Shown piece after piece: positions 42,101 to 55,527 of a DNA stretch of 64,000 nt. A program made the translations under genes and the position numbers. The stretch covers positions 3,754,366 through 3,818,365 of the forward strand of contig BFEA01000029.1 in NCBI GenBank assembly GCA_003427395.1. Reading direction: 5' to 3'. Source of the stretch: Chara braunii (lineage: Eukaryota; Plantae; Charophyceae). How positions within the stretch are numbered: position 1 is the stretch's first letter; each line of letters opens with the position of its first letter. The notes beneath the pieces are model-generated. The model searched no databases. It saw only the letters and a program-made list of their open reading frames with translations, and was not told the DNA's origin.

Positions 42101-45100
42101 TGCGCAGATCAGATCGCACCTACGCGCGCTCCTGGGCGGCGTTCGTTGGTTTTCTGGGCAAACAGTTATCCGATCATCTAATCCTTTCGTAGTTTCTGAG
42201 CCGGCAAGATGCAACAATCGCAACAGCTCAATCAATGGGTAAACAAGAACGGAAGAAATATTGATGACTACACAAAAATTCCTACCCTACTCATGAATGC
42301 ATCAAGACTATTGACAAAGGCAAAGATCAAGCAACCAGATATAACATTCATTCATCCATTCATTCAACATAATGCACTCAAGGTCCGAGATGGAAATCGC
42401 AAAGACGAGTGTGGACGAAAGATAACCAAGCCAAGATTCCGAAAACAAAAACGGGCGAATCGCCTTGATCCGAAATCAAAATTTATATATACCAGCAGAG
42501 TGGGAGAAAAGACAAAAGAAACAGCAAATCCGCGTCCATCAACCTCAGCTCCCTCTTCCTCTCTCTCTCTCTCTCTCCGATGCGGACAGTCCGTGTCATG
42601 CACCAACCCACGAAGCCGTCACCCCGCTTAGTCCTCCCGCACCCGTCAGGTTCGCCCGCGCCCAAAGTCCGTCGTGGCCCGAGTCAACCCCACGTGTTTG
42701 GCACCAGCTCGTCGAGTCGCCCGACTCCCACTTCAACTCACCTCTTACTTCGCTCGTGAGCCGACCCTCACTGATTGCGCTACCCCGAGCTTCCACTTAG
42801 CTGGTTAAGAGAGCTAACTAATTGCGCAACCGAAATTTTTAGCGTGCATGCATGCACGAAGAACACGAAATTACAAGGACTTGAGAGGAGAGGAGGGGGA
42901 GGGATTGCCTACGTCTGCATGGCCCGATCGCGGCGTGGGGGACGTAGCTGCTCTCCACGCATCGATCCGATCATGCAGACGGCGGCTACCAAAACACAGC
43001 AAAAAGAAAGAGAAGAAGGGTGGGAAAGGCGAAACACAAGAAAAAAAATATAGTTACAATGGCGCCCGCCCAAAATTACAGTTACACACACGATTAAAGG
43101 CGCCGACTAATCAAAGTTCCGTTGCAGCCGCATGAAGAAGCGCGTAAGCAAAAAGCGCCGCGCGACCCAGAAGAAATTCCTAATTAAAGAATTCCTAAAT
43201 TTCTATCTAACACAGAAAAAGGCGGAAAGCACAAATTCTGAAAGGAAAGTCTGAATTTCCGAGAGCCATCGGGGCTCCACAAGATTCAAAAAAAAAATTA
43301 AAAAGAAAATTCAAAAAGAACAAAGCAAATTCCCGCGCGATGTCAGCGCGCCAGCCATTCAACCGACCAATCGATCGATCGTCCCGGGACACGCCCAGTT
43401 CCGAACCCAACCATCGAAAAAGACGACGAAAAAGATGAAGAAGTAGGGACACCAATGCAATTTCCTTCCTATCCCGATCTCCCGTGATTGGCCCATTCCT
43501 CCCAGCTTAGGACCCCTCATCGCTATCGCGCAGGAAATCGCGTGGTGCGGAAATCGGTTCGTCACAGTGCGGGGAGTATCCTCCTTACAGGACGCGGAAT
43601 CGGTGGGGAGCTCGGTATGGGAATGAAGGTGGGAAGGAGGAGAATGCGAAAAGTAGCGCGAAGTGGAAGCAAGATTCAAACGACGAGTAGGGGTGAAGCG
43701 TGAGAGAGAAGGGATGGAAAACAGTTACAGGTGAAGGAGAAAAGGCGCGGAGAGGAGGATGAAGATGACATGGGTCCTAGCGGGAGGCGGGGAAAGCTTG
43801 CATGCATGGCGCCAGTACAGAAAAGAAAAAAGCACCAAAACAGTTACCTTCCATCCTAAAGCTACTTCAAGACTGAGAAATTCAAATGCAATACGAGCGG
43901 GCGGGACTGAGCACACGAAAATCCTACATCTATCTAGCTGCCTACCAAAAGTTCACAGATGTTTCAAGGGCGGTGCGGGAACATCCATATGCAAGAAACG
44001 ACAGGTCAGCGAGAAGAGCGCCCATAAATCTTAGAATTCCCAACTGCCAAACAAGCTCTCTAGCACACTCGCTAAGGTGTAATTGCAGCGAAACAAAAAA
44101 GAAACGTTGTTTTAGACATGTGAGGGTCTGGTAGGCCCGTAATTTCAGGCACCGGGGAGATAGCCAAAGAAGGGGGACAAAAAAAAAACAAGAGAAATCC
44201 AATGAGTCGAATCAACAAAAACTCCAGTTTCAAAAGATCGTTCGGGTACAGCAGCAGATATGTCACATACTGTCCATCTTTGGGAAATGTCCTGGCACTT
44301 GCCAACTTTTCCCATATCTGATTTATGTTAGTTTCACGCCTACCAGCTCAGGTCATCTTTGCGTTTTGCCCGTGAGCCGTGGGAGGTTGAGATTGACCTT
44401 TTTCAGACCCATACCTTCCTCATATGTTGTCGTGAACGGATCTGGAGGAGGGGGGTAAGGGTGTGAGCAACTACGAGATGCAGAAAGAAGGAGACCGTGG
44501 CGGAGGAAATAAAGGGTGAGCCGAGGAAGAGAGACGATGCTGAGGGAGAAGCGGGGTAAAGATCATCCACATGTGGTTAACCAGGGGTGTTATTATCAGC
44601 GAATTTTACACCGAAACTGTCACATTGTGCTGATTTTTTGCTTTTTTAGCGCTCGAGATAAAAAAGCAGAAAGGATAAGCCCATCAGGTATGTAGATCAC
44701 ACGACATATGGTTGTCATTCTCACTGCCTCCAAGGTAAGTCTCGTACACAAGCTCCAAAACGCTAACCTGCATAAAACACAGACACATAGGAAAGCCACA
44801 TTATTGCTGCCTTTCCCACTGTCTCTCGTCTCAACTCCGCGCCTTTGTCTTGTGCCTTCTTAGCTCCAAAAAAAAAAAAAAAACAGAGACCATTGAGTTG
44901 GAGCAAAAAAAGTGGAAGGAGTCGGGGCACAAAGAGGATTTTGAGGAGAAGAGGTAGAAATGATGATATGGCAGTTTCCTTTTCACCATGTCACCAGAGA
45001 GGTAAAAATAATGATGTGGCAGTTTCATTTTTGGCATGTCGCCACCTTTTTTACCAAGCACCAGAAGAGCCTGAACCTGCAAGGGAGGAGGAGTGGGAGA

Positions 45101-45548
45101 GCAGGAGGAGCTTGGAGTCTTTTTGGAGATGGTGACATGACAAGGGAGGAGAACTTGGAGGAATGGCCAGGAGTTGGAGATGGGGAAGCTCGCCAGGGTG
45201 ACGAAGCTGCCGAAGACAGTGTGAGGCGTCAGCTGAAATTTCTGAACGAGGATACCCGTTTGAACTTGAATCTGGGTGGATACTTGTTCGAACTTGAATC
45301 TGGCAGCAAACTGCCCCGCCTATGGGCCTGGTAGTCCAGAAAGTTGTCACCCGGTATGTAGGGCAAACTGGGTAAAACATTTGCAAGCCCAGGCCCCAAG
45401 GACGATGGTCAGATTGCAAATTTGCACAACCGCCTGACAGGGGTATAACACAAAGAAATAGGCCCAAAAGGGCATTCCGCTCTACCCATATCTTTTAGGG
45501 GGATTTTGGCATATAGCGCAACTCACGGGGCTATTTCACAAATTATCC
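39134..45548. mobile_element. Non-autonomous Mutator-like element (MULE), ~6.4 kb
   Basis: Long imperfect TIRs: GGATAATTTGCAAAATAG...TATATGCCAAAATGCCCCTAAAAGGTGTGGGTAGAGCGGAAT versus the reverse complement at 45474-45548. Flanks are A-tracts compatible with a 9-bp TSD. No transposase recognised. Confidence 0.75.
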
Positions 45549-45699
45549 CAAAAAAGAAAACAAAGGAAAAAAAAGGACAACCTGTGGATAATATGGACAG
45601 AATAGGGGCACAGGGATTGGCTGCAGAGGAGACTTCCCTACCCAAAAGTCCACGTAGCAAGCACAACACACAGCCATGTGCTTGGAGCCATGTTTGAGG

Positions 45700-46420
45700 C
45701 CGCAGCGCATTCAGCTCTTCTGCCGAATAATGATGATCCGTGGTGGACGTTGCTAGAGGCACAATGTTCATTTGTAAAGAGCACTCTCTCAGTAGGAAGG
45801 GGACTTGGCGAGGGGAAAGCATCCGTGAAGGAGGTTGCAGGGGGAGCCCAGGAGGTGGGTATTCCAGGATTCGTTAGTGATCATCAACCTCCATTCCAAG
45901 CAGATGGCGAAGATGGCATGGAGGCACCAAGTGGCGGCTTTGTGGGGGATGGTGGCACAGGAGTGATCAAATGCCTATCGAGGCGGAGAACAATGACTGC
46001 TTGCTGCTTTGCCAATCTATTCCAAGGGGTGTTATCAGGCCGAGGTGCTCTAGGGCAAAGATGTGGATGGATGACGCTAACTTGTGAAGATTCGGGCACA
46101 GGGCGGAGCTGAAATTGTGCATGGAGATGATTTGTGTCTCCTTGTTTGAGAGAGTTAGTAACAGGGAAACCCCTCCCCCCTTGGAAGGCATTAATGGGTA
46201 CCTCTCAGATTTTGAACATGTCAAAGTTGGCCGCGGCAATCCAAGGTGGAAAGGCCTTGTATGACATTGCCCTCCAATTGATCAATGAATGGATCTTCAA
46301 GTTCCACTCTCACCACTTGGAGTTCCATGACGGACCATTCATACATCGTTCAATCATTTGGACAGTCGTGCCAAATGCTGTATGGGAAGCATGTGATTGG
46401 ATGACAAGGGTGAGCACCAT
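45700..46420 (-). pseudogene. Heavily decayed LINE ORF2 3' fragment (zf-RVT-like region)
   Basis: Minus-strand NLKIHSLINWRAMSYKAFPPW resembles the PKxxxFxWRxxxxxLP start of zf-RVT and is followed by a degenerate ...ETQ..H.F...CP. Boundaries are approximate. Confidence 0.42.
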
Positions 46421-47565
46421 TGTGTTTGCCATCACATGGAAATTGCACAAGGACATCCCGCTGTGGTTGGCGTGTGAGGCGATCACTAGCCTGGGTGCTC
46501 ACGCTATCATAACTTGCTGCAAGATGAGAGAAGTGCGGAATGCACTGGACAATAACAACAACGTATTTGACACCTCATTGACGATGGAGAGAAGGAGCCC
46601 GTTGTCAGAGGCTGACACGCCGCGTCAACAGAAGTTGACCTGCCACGGTCAGCCTTCGGGTCATATCAAGGAACATCCAGAAGCTGACGTGACACATCAA
46701 CAATAATTGACACATCGGTCAGCTGCCAAGTCACCTCGAAGGAAAGGTTGGCATGTTCATGCGGTTGCCCAAGGGCCTATTCATCGCCCTTGGACCAAAC
46801 CGTTGCAATCGTAGGGATCGATTTAGTGGGATCGGCTGAAGTGCTACTAGAAACAAGGGGCGGATGGGCGAGAAAAGAGAGGATGACCGTTTGGGACTGA
46901 AACCGCACAGCCATGCGGCTGGACCGGGGAAAAGAATGACCCAAAGGAGCCTGGGAAGTTGAGCGATTAGGGCCCATAAAATTACAAAGGGGACCCACAC
47001 TAGTTTTAGTGCGGCACTGACTTTTCGTCTTCCCGAATTGGCCCTGTCCCAGTCCTCCTCTAAGAATAGCACAGTGCCACACTATTTTTAGCGAGGGACT
47101 GACTGTTCGTCTTCCAAAATGGGGCCTGTACCAGTCCCGGTCTAAAGATAGTGCGAGCGTGTGCAGAGTGCTCGGCTCATGATTGCAGTCGCCCAACATC
47201 GTTTAGTTTTCATTTTTATTTTTCCGTTTCCTAAGTGCCGGGTGCACAGCGCTCAGCTCACGATTGCAGTTGCTCTCATTGTGTTTTAGAGCCCTAGGTG
47301 TTTGGCACCGGTTCCGGTTATGGCACAAAGGGTACATCAAGTTCAGGTTTCCCCCGTCGATGTAGCCACGCCTCGCGGCTGATTGATGGGGAAATGCCAA
47401 GGTACCTCCAGGGTAGGGAGGACCTTTTTCTCAGCCCAAATCAAAAAAGCCTGGGAAGTATTAGAATGCTGCAAGCTTGCAGATCAGTTCTTGTGCCAGA
47501 AGACTACAGACTTTCAAACTTCAGATTCACAGATCAGTCCCAGCAAACTTGAAGATCAGTCCTTG

Positions 47566-48683
47566 TGCAACGACTTGCTGATTTGTGCTGCCGAGATTAA
47601 CAGCGAGGGTGTACACTAACCCGGTAGGTTAGATTCGTAATTTTGTTTGGCTGAGGGCTAACCGAGAGACCTGCCTGTAGGGAAATTCTTGAGGGACAGA
47701 TCTGNNNNNNNNNNNNNNNNNNNNNNNNNNNNNNNNNNNNNNNNNNNNNNNNNNNNNNNNNNNNNNNNNNNNNNNNNNNNNNNNNNNNNNNNNNNNNNNN
47801 NNNNNNNNNNNNNNNNNNNNNNNNNNNNNNNNNNNNNNNNNNNNNNNNNNNNNNNNNNNNNNNNNNNNNNNNNNNNNNNNNNNNNNNNNNNNNNNNNNNN
47901 NNNNNNNNNNNNNNNNNNNNNNNNNNNNNNNNNNNNNNNNNNNNNNNNNNNNNNNNNNNNNNNNNNNNNNNNNNNNNNNNNNNNNNNNNNNNNNNNNNNN
48001 NNNNNNNNNNNNNNNNNNNNNNNNNNNNNNNNNNNNNNNNNNNNNNNNNNNNNNNNNNNNNNNNNNNNNNNNNNNNNNNNNNNNNNNNNNNNNNNNNNNN
48101 NNNNNNNNNNNNNNNNNNNNNNNNNNNNNNNNNNNNNNNNNNNNNNNNNNNNNNNNNNNNNNNNNNNNNNNNNNNNNNNNNNNNNNNNNNNNNNNNNNNN
48201 NNNNNNNNNNNNNNNNNNNNNNNNNNNNNNNNNNNNNNNNNNNNNNNNNNNNNNNNNNNNNNNNNNNNNNNNNNNNNNNNNNNNNNNNNNNNNNNNNNNN
48301 NNNNNNNNNNNNNNNNNNNNNNNNNNNNNNNNNNNNNNNNNNNNNNNNNNNNNNNNNNNNNNNNNNNNNNNNNNNNNNNNNNNNNNNNNNNNNNNNNNNN
48401 NNNNNNNNNNNNNNNNNNNNNNNNNNNNNNNNNNNNNNNNNNNNNNNNNNNNNNNNNNNNNNNNNNNNNNNNNNGATTGGTTGTTGGGAGTTGTGTCAGA
48501 GAGTGAGAAACACTGTGTGTCTTCTCCCCTGCTGTGCATGATTGTCTTCCACTGTTTATCTTCTCCTGTATGCAGTGTGGACTCTGTCTCCTCTCTCCCC
48601 ATCTCTTGTGCATGTATGGGCATGTATGAGACTGTCTGTGTGTGAGTGGCGAGGAAATTCGTCAGACAACCAAGATCATAACA
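47566..48683 (+). repeat. 5' LTR (partly in gap)
   Basis: Sequenced ends match 55528-56682, with about 6 differences in ~295 comparable nt. Confidence 0.93.
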
Positions 48684-48685
48684 AT

Positions 48686-48697
48686 TGGTATCAGAGC
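48686..48697 (+). promoter_or_regulatory. Primer-binding site complementary to initiator tRNA-Met
   Basis: TGGTATCAGAGC 2 nt after the 5' LTR. Confidence 0.93.
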
Positions 48698-50214
48698 GAG
48701 ATTGGAATTGGAGCACTGAGGGTTGACTGCACTGAGGCATCTTCTTTATCCTGGCGATATACTGGCGAGAGTTTCATGGCGATTCATCTTCCCCAATCCT
48801 GATTCAGCAGGGAAGAAGACTTTCAGCGGTGAATTCAAGTGTTAAGTGGCTGCACTGAACAAGCGCACTGAGCCTGTTAGGGCGCTTGTCAGGGAGTGGC
48901 GAGTACAGGGCTAATTCGCCATAGCCAACCCTGAGGGTAATACTGCGACTTACCCCAGAGTGGTGAATTACCCCTGAGGACATCAGGGAACCCTGAGCGG
49001 CATCATCCCTGGGTGGCGCTAATAGAGATTGATGCAGTATATCAATCTCCAGGAGGAATAACCCCATCTGGGGCTATTTTTAGCATCAGTGGCTACCTGC
49101 CACTGTGGCGAGATATTTTGGAGTTGGCGAATTGGGTGCCACAGGACCAGATACAGGGTATCTGGAGTGAAGGGGTGCAGCGCCACAGGATCCTGAAGAG
49201 GATCAACAATTTTGAGGAGGTTATGTGCGTAAAATTGTCTGGGAGAAGTTCTGGAGGAAATTGGCGAGATAAGGGTTTCATCTGCCGTAGCCAGATCTTC
49301 ATCATCACCTGCAAGATTCTCTACAAGTGAGTCCGTTCCATGCACCTACCTGTATTGCGATCCAGATGGTAGTAGTTTAGTGAAAGATAAGGGTCGATCT
49401 GTTTGTCAGTGACTGGATATGAAAATTGCAGACTGCATAACAGCCATAGCCACCTCTTCCCCTACCTCTCTCTGCTCATATCTCATTATCTGTTGACTCT
49501 TTCTAGTCCAAATTTGTCCTGCGACAGCTATACTGTATTGCGATTGTTCTGGGATGATCAAACAGCGAATTCTGTACTAGAAAAGTAGTGATACTGGGAA
49601 TTGCTGTTTTGCGCAGAGTCTATTTTTAGCCTGTGCTATCTAAGGTCAGTCATAACTTCAATTCTGTCCGTCAGAATTCAGTTCTGTGAGTCCCCAGTAA
49701 ATCGCAAATTGAAAACATTCAGTACTGTCAAATCGCAGATTTGGATTTCGAGTATTTCACTGGATACAGTGGAAAGTGTGATTCGCCATACCCTAGGGTA
49801 TGGCCGCCAGAGTCATCAGGGTCTGGAATTGGGTCTGAGTCAGGTTACAGGGTATCTGTCTACTTCGCTTGTTGTATTTGATCTCTCTTTGTCTGTACTA
49901 ACCATTTCTATCGTTCCCACTGATTACTCTTGTTTTCTAGTGGGTCTCTGGAAGACTAGTGGAGTGACTGTGTTGCTTCCAGTGTGGTCCAGGGTCAGTA
50001 AAAGGAAATCGTGTGACTGATTTTGCTGGACTTACAGTTTGTCTGACACCTGACCCCAGAGACACCCTTCTAATCCCAAACCGTTGATTTTCTACTCACC
50101 CACCTACTCCAGTGTTGGGTGCTGCAGCGATTCTAGGGTATCTGCAGGAATCTGTGTATCGCTGCAATTCTTTCTGCTGTTATTTTATTTTTGGGTTTTA
50201 TTTGAACTGGGAAA

Positions 50215-51838
50215 ATGTCCCAACAGGGGGATGAGCAGCAGCCACATGTGCAGGTTGTGGTGAAGGCAGAAGGTGAACAACCTTCTGCCTCCACTGCACC
50301 CCCTCCACCTCTGACTGCTACTCAAAAGGCTGAAGAAGGAGGCAGAGGAACAACTTAGACTACAACATGCCAGAGTGGCTGAATTGGAACGGCTGGAGAC
50401 TGCTGAGCTGGAGGCTGCAACAGATCACTCCAGGAGAGAGTATCTGTTGCAGCAGCTAGACAAGTCTCTCGCTGATGATCGGTGCTCCCAGGTCACCAAG
50501 CACATGGCTGAGATGATCCTGTTGGAGCACAAGATCACCAGCTCCCAGTTTACAAACTGGGATGATCGCTTTGTACGGCTGGAGCGTCGGGTTGACGAGC
50601 TGTCAGCTCAACAGTCCAAGATCCTGGACTCTATCCAGGGCTTGTCTGCTCAGCTGGCAGCCGCCAAGCTGATTACTCCTCAGCTCCCTCTGCTGAAATC
50701 CAAAACCTTTCCTCCTCCTTCACCACCTCCTTCCCCTCTTACATCCCATGGGGGATCTGTACATTCTTCCCGGTCATCTACTCCTTCCCAAAAGGCCTCA
50801 GCAAAGGCCACCTATGCTGCTGTGACTGCAGCGGACAGAGGTCCCAAGATCCCTGCTCCCAACAAGTTCAGGGGCGATGACCCCAAGACTGATGTTCGGG
50901 ACTGGGCTGCTGGGACCAAAGCCTACTTGAGGGGCTTTGTCTGTGCAGAACAGACCAAGGTGGCAACTGTTTTGGGGCTACTGGAAAGGCCTGCACTGAA
51001 GTGGGCCACTTCAACTTCCAGCAGTCTGCAACAGTCCATGGAGGACTGGGCCTTTGGGTTGGGGGTAGACAGACTTCTGTAGGCCCTGGAGGACCGGTTT
51101 GCAAACAAGGAGCGGGCCCGCAAGGCTGCTGACAGGATTGATCGCCTGGGACAGCAGCGGTACAGCGACACCCTACAGGCCTTGTTTGCTGAGTTCGAGC
51201 AACTCACCTCCACCCCTGGAGTGGTCATGGCACCTGATGATATGCTGATCAGTTTTTGCAGGGCAGCGCCTGAGAAGTTTGTTGTTGCACTCTACAGCGC
51301 TGGGTATAAGGACTGGAGGTCCTTTGGTCGTGCAACCCTGGAAATGAAGGCTAAGCTCCATGTCCAGGCCCCAACCTCTGACAGGAGGAAGGGTGCCTTC
51401 CCTAGAGGCAACAGAAGGGGAAAGGCAACCCTTACTCATGTGGGATCTGCCTCAAGATCAGATACCGATTCACAGCCTGATGTGCCTTCAGGTGGGATCG
51501 GATCTGCTGCTGAGACAAATGTTGCAGCAGTAGTGACTCAGTCTGTGTTGGGAGCTCTGCAAGCGCAAAAAAAGTATTCCCCTTCCACAGCCTCAGCCTC
51601 TAATAAGGGGAAGGATAAGGGACGTCGTCCTTCCTCTTCCCTGCGCCCTAATTTGCCTAGAGACGTCCGCATGCCAGCTGACCCTCTCAATCCCTCCTCG
51701 CTCCCCTGGCATGACCTCAAGATCCAGGAGGGAGTCTGGAGAAGAAGAAAGGAGAAGGGGGTCTTCCTGAGATGTGAGGGACAACACTTCTTAAAGGACT
51801 GCCCTTACATGCCAAGCCCGGGTCAGTCAAAAAACTGA
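50215..51838 (+). pseudogene. gag: gag (coiled-coil, Ty3 capsid, degenerate zinc knuckle); one frameshift near 50335 and a TAG at 51080
   Basis: PKIPAPNKFRGDD..DVRDW capsid motif, LEDRF, xLRCEGQHFLKDC knuckle. Confidence 0.87.
51829..51835 (+). promoter_or_regulatory. -1 programmed ribosomal frameshift slippery site A-AAA-AAC
   Basis: X-XXY-YYZ heptamer in gag frame directly before the gag TGA. The -1 frame is open into the protease, and a GC-rich stem follows. Confidence 0.75.
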
Positions 51839-54800
51839 AACAGACCCTGGGGACTGCAGTTCCCCCCAGTGCTGCACCTTCATCTGCCCAGGTAGGTGAA
51901 TCTGCAGCTGTTTCAGTTGAGGCTGTTTGTGATGATGTGTGTTTGGGGACTGCGCGGGCAGCATCCTTCTGCTATGAGGATCCTGACCCGGATCAGGACC
52001 CGGGGCAGGATGAGCTTCAGTCCATTGCTGCCTTCTTCTTCCATTTGAGAGAGCAGAAGAAGAAGGGCCTGCCTGAACTCATCATGCTTCGGCCACTGAT
52101 CAACCGCACCAGGATCACTGGGCTTTTGGACTGTGGAGCCACCCGAAACTTCATATCTCCCAGTGCAGTCAAAAAACTGCATCCGGGTATGAAAGTTCAG
52201 CAGTTGCAGCAGCCGCTGCAGGTGCGGATTCGTGACTCTACAGTGATCAGCATCAGGGAAAAAGTCAAAGGCATTCCGGTGACCTTTGACACTGTTGGGA
52301 AAGTCAGACACAGTCTGAACTTTTACGTCTTCCCTGAGCTGCCCTTTGAGTTGGTGTTCTCCATGCAGTGGTTGAGGGCAGTCAACCCTATGATAGACTG
52401 GCAGATTCCTAGAGTTGAGCTACCAGGCCGTCAGGGTGTGTATCAGCAGTGCATGATTGCTGCTGAACATCACCTTAAGACCTCCTGCTACTGCCTGAGA
52501 GCGAGGAAGTTTCATGCTCTCTCTCGCCAGTACCACCCTGAGCGTCTGTTCATTGCTTTGGTCAAGCAAACAGATGCTCCCCCTGTTTCCTGTCCTCCTG
52601 AGATACAACAGGTAGTAGATCAGTATGCTGATCTGATGCAGGAGCCCTTTGGGTTAGCCAACCGGCCAACCAAGCATCACATCGAGCTGCTGCCTGGAGC
52701 GGTCCCTCCTAAGGGTCGCGTCTACAGGATGTCCCCTGCTGAGCTTGAGGAGCTCAGAAAGCAGCTTGAGACCCTGAAGCAACGGCAAGGGCTGGATCAG
52801 TCCCAGCACATCTGAGTTCAGTGCACCTGTTCTCTTTGTACCCAAAGAGAACGGCGAGTTCAGGATGTGCATTGACTACAGGGGTCTCAACAAGATCACT
52901 AGGAAGAGTACTGAGCCACTTCCTAGGATCGATGACCTCCTAGACATGGCGCAGAGCTGCACAGTGTTCAGCAAAGTCGACCTCAAATCTGGCTACCACC
53001 AGATTGAGATGGCAGAGGAGGATGTCTATAGGACAGCCTTCAAGACCAGGTATGGGACTTACGAGTTCCTGGTCATGCCATTTGGACTTTGTAATGCCCC
53101 GGGCACCTTCCAGACTGAGATGCACCGCATCTTCAGGCCTTACCTGTACAAGTTTATGGTTGTCTACCTGGATGATATCCCGGTATTCAGCAAGACTGTC
53201 AGGGAACATGCGAAGCACTTGGCTCTAGTTCTTCAATCGTTACGCGACAGCCAATACAAGATCAACAGAGAGAAGTCCTCTTTTGGAGTTCCCTCTGTCA
53301 TCTATCTGGGTCACGTAATCTCTGGAGATGGTCTGGCTCCTGAAGCAGTCAAGATTGCTGCTATTCAGGAGTGGCCCCAGCCACAGACAGTGAGGGATGT
53401 CCGGTCCTTTATGGGTTTGACCTCCTACTACAGAAAGTTTATCAAGAACTTTCCTGCAGTGCCGCACCCCTGACCAACCTAACAAAGAAGGACACTCCCT
53501 TTCTTTGGTCCCTCCACTGTCAGCTAGCCTTCACACGACTCAAGAAGGCCTTCACTCGTGCGCCTGTCCTGAAGTTACCTGACCCCACTCTGCCATTTAT
53601 CCTGACCACTGACGCCAGTCAGTATGGCATTGGGGCAGTACTTCAGCAGGATGATGGGAATGGTCTACGACCTGTAGAGTTTATGAGTAAGAAGATCAAG
53701 ACTCAAAAGCTCCAGGACTCTACCTACGAGAAAGAGTTCTATGCTCTTATCTGTGCCCTGAAACATTGGAAACACTTTCTCCTGGGCAGGCACTTCACGA
53801 TCTTTTCAGATCACTCCACCCTACAGTGGATGAAGTCCCAGGGAGAGTTGAACGATAAACTGACACGGTACATTCAGTTCATAGACATGTTTGACTTTGA
53901 ACTGGAACACAAGAAGGGCAGCTACAACAAGGTGGCAGATGCCCTCTCTCGTAGGCCTGACTCTTTTGCTATGATCTCCTCTACTCACTCCTTTAGAGAG
54001 GAGACACGTCAGACCATTGCTCGTCTACTGCCTCAGGACGAGACTTTTGGACCCATTGTCAGGAATCTGCAAGCCGATCCTAACTCTGAATCAGGCTATG
54101 CTCTGAGTTCAGACCTGTTGTACACCTACAGCAGAGGTGAGGAGCGCTTGTGCATTCCCCAGCACCAGCGGCTCAAGACACTGCTGCTATCAGAGTGTCA
54201 TGATGTCCGTGGACAGTTCGGGTTCCTAAAGTCTTATGCAGCCCTGTCGCAGCGCTTCTTCTGAAAGGAGATGCGGAGTGAGATGTGGCGTTATGTGGAC
54301 ACCTGTGAGCTCTGCCAAAGGAACAAGGTTCAGCGTAAACCTCCTTTGGGACTGCTGAAACTCTTACCCATACCTGATGGCCCTGCCCAATCTGTGTCGA
54401 TAGACTTCACAGATCTAGACAAGACCACCCCTCGTGGCATGCGTCAGGTTATGGTCTGCGTGGACAGGTTCTCCAAATACGCAGAGTTCATCCCCTTGCC
54501 AGAGGTAGCTAGGGTACCGGNTGTGAGAGCANCCTTCTCTGAGAGGNGGNTCACACACCATGGACCGCCCACCTCTATCGTCAGTGATCGTGACCCCAGA
54601 TTTTGCAGCGATGAGTGGCAGTCCTACTGCAAGGACTATTTGCACTCACGTCTGGACATGACCTCTGGTCATCATCCTGAAGCCAATGGATTGGCTGAGG
54701 TGATGAACCAAGTCTTGTTCCAGCTACTGCGTCCTGTCATCTCTCCAGATCAACAGGACTGGGATCTTCACTTAGCGAGAGCACAGCTCATGTATAACAT

Positions 54801-55494
54801 GTCTGTCCACTCCTCGACAGGCTTCAGTCCCTACCGGTTACACTGGGGACGTGAACCGCGCCAGCCTCTCGATGATATCATCGACAAGGCTAAGCCTGAT
54901 CTGACGCCAGGCACCGCAGAGTTCGCCAGACGCTATCGTCTGGATGTGGAAAGAGCCCGCGCGAACTTGTTCAAGGCCCAAAAGACCATGATTGAACAAG
55001 CCAATCGCCACAGGCGGCCTTACCCCATCCGTCTTGGTGATCATGTCTGGGTGGCCAGTTCTGAGCTGTCGAGGGAGGAGGATATCTCCCCGAAGCTGCT
55101 GCCACGCTACTTGGGTCCGTGGCAGGTCTTAGATACAGTGGGCACTGACCCTTTCGGCCCGTCGTATGTTATCGACGTCCCGCTGCATCTACNCACCTAT
55201 CCGGTCTTCCATGCATCCAAGNTGCTGCCTTTCANGCCTGCTGATGCATTCCCTGACCGGCCCCCTCAATGGGNCCCACNAATCCCTGGTAAGGGATATG
55301 ATGTGGTGGCCATTGAGGATGAGTGGGGCACAGGCCCCNACCNNCAGTATCTTGTNAGGTTCGCTTTCCAGCCCCCTTCTGAGAACCGGTGGTTCTACAG
55401 AAGAGACCTGATCAAGACAGCAAAGTCTGTTGTACTGCGCTATGAGGCGGCTCAGAAGAGTGACCTTCGCCGTTCGCCTCGTCTGCACCACTAG
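51829..55494 (+). pseudogene. pol: pol: aspartic protease, RT, RNase H, integrase, chromodomain; frameshifts near 52785 and 53460, TGA at 54262
   Basis: LLDCGATRNFI; CIDYRGLN, DLKSGYHQI, MPFGLCNAP, YLDD; TDASQYGIGAVL, DHSTL, ADALSR; CELC, SIDF, SDRD, GP(W/F) module VFHAS; YDVVAI...QYLxRF...ENRW. Confidence 0.95.
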
Positions 55495-55513
55495 CTCGGA
55501 GGTCCTCGCTCCC

Positions 55514-55525
55514 GGGGAGGGTAAG
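55514..55525 (+). promoter_or_regulatory. Polypurine tract
   Basis: GGGGAGGGTAAG just upstream of the 3' LTR. Confidence 0.75.
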
Positions 55526-55527
55526 CC

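Noticed and set aside
30983-54264. Premature stops explained by C-to-T or G-to-A changes, read as a special hypermutation process
   Set aside because: Transitions to stop codons are necessarily of these types, so the pattern is uninformative without a consensus-based mutation spectrum.
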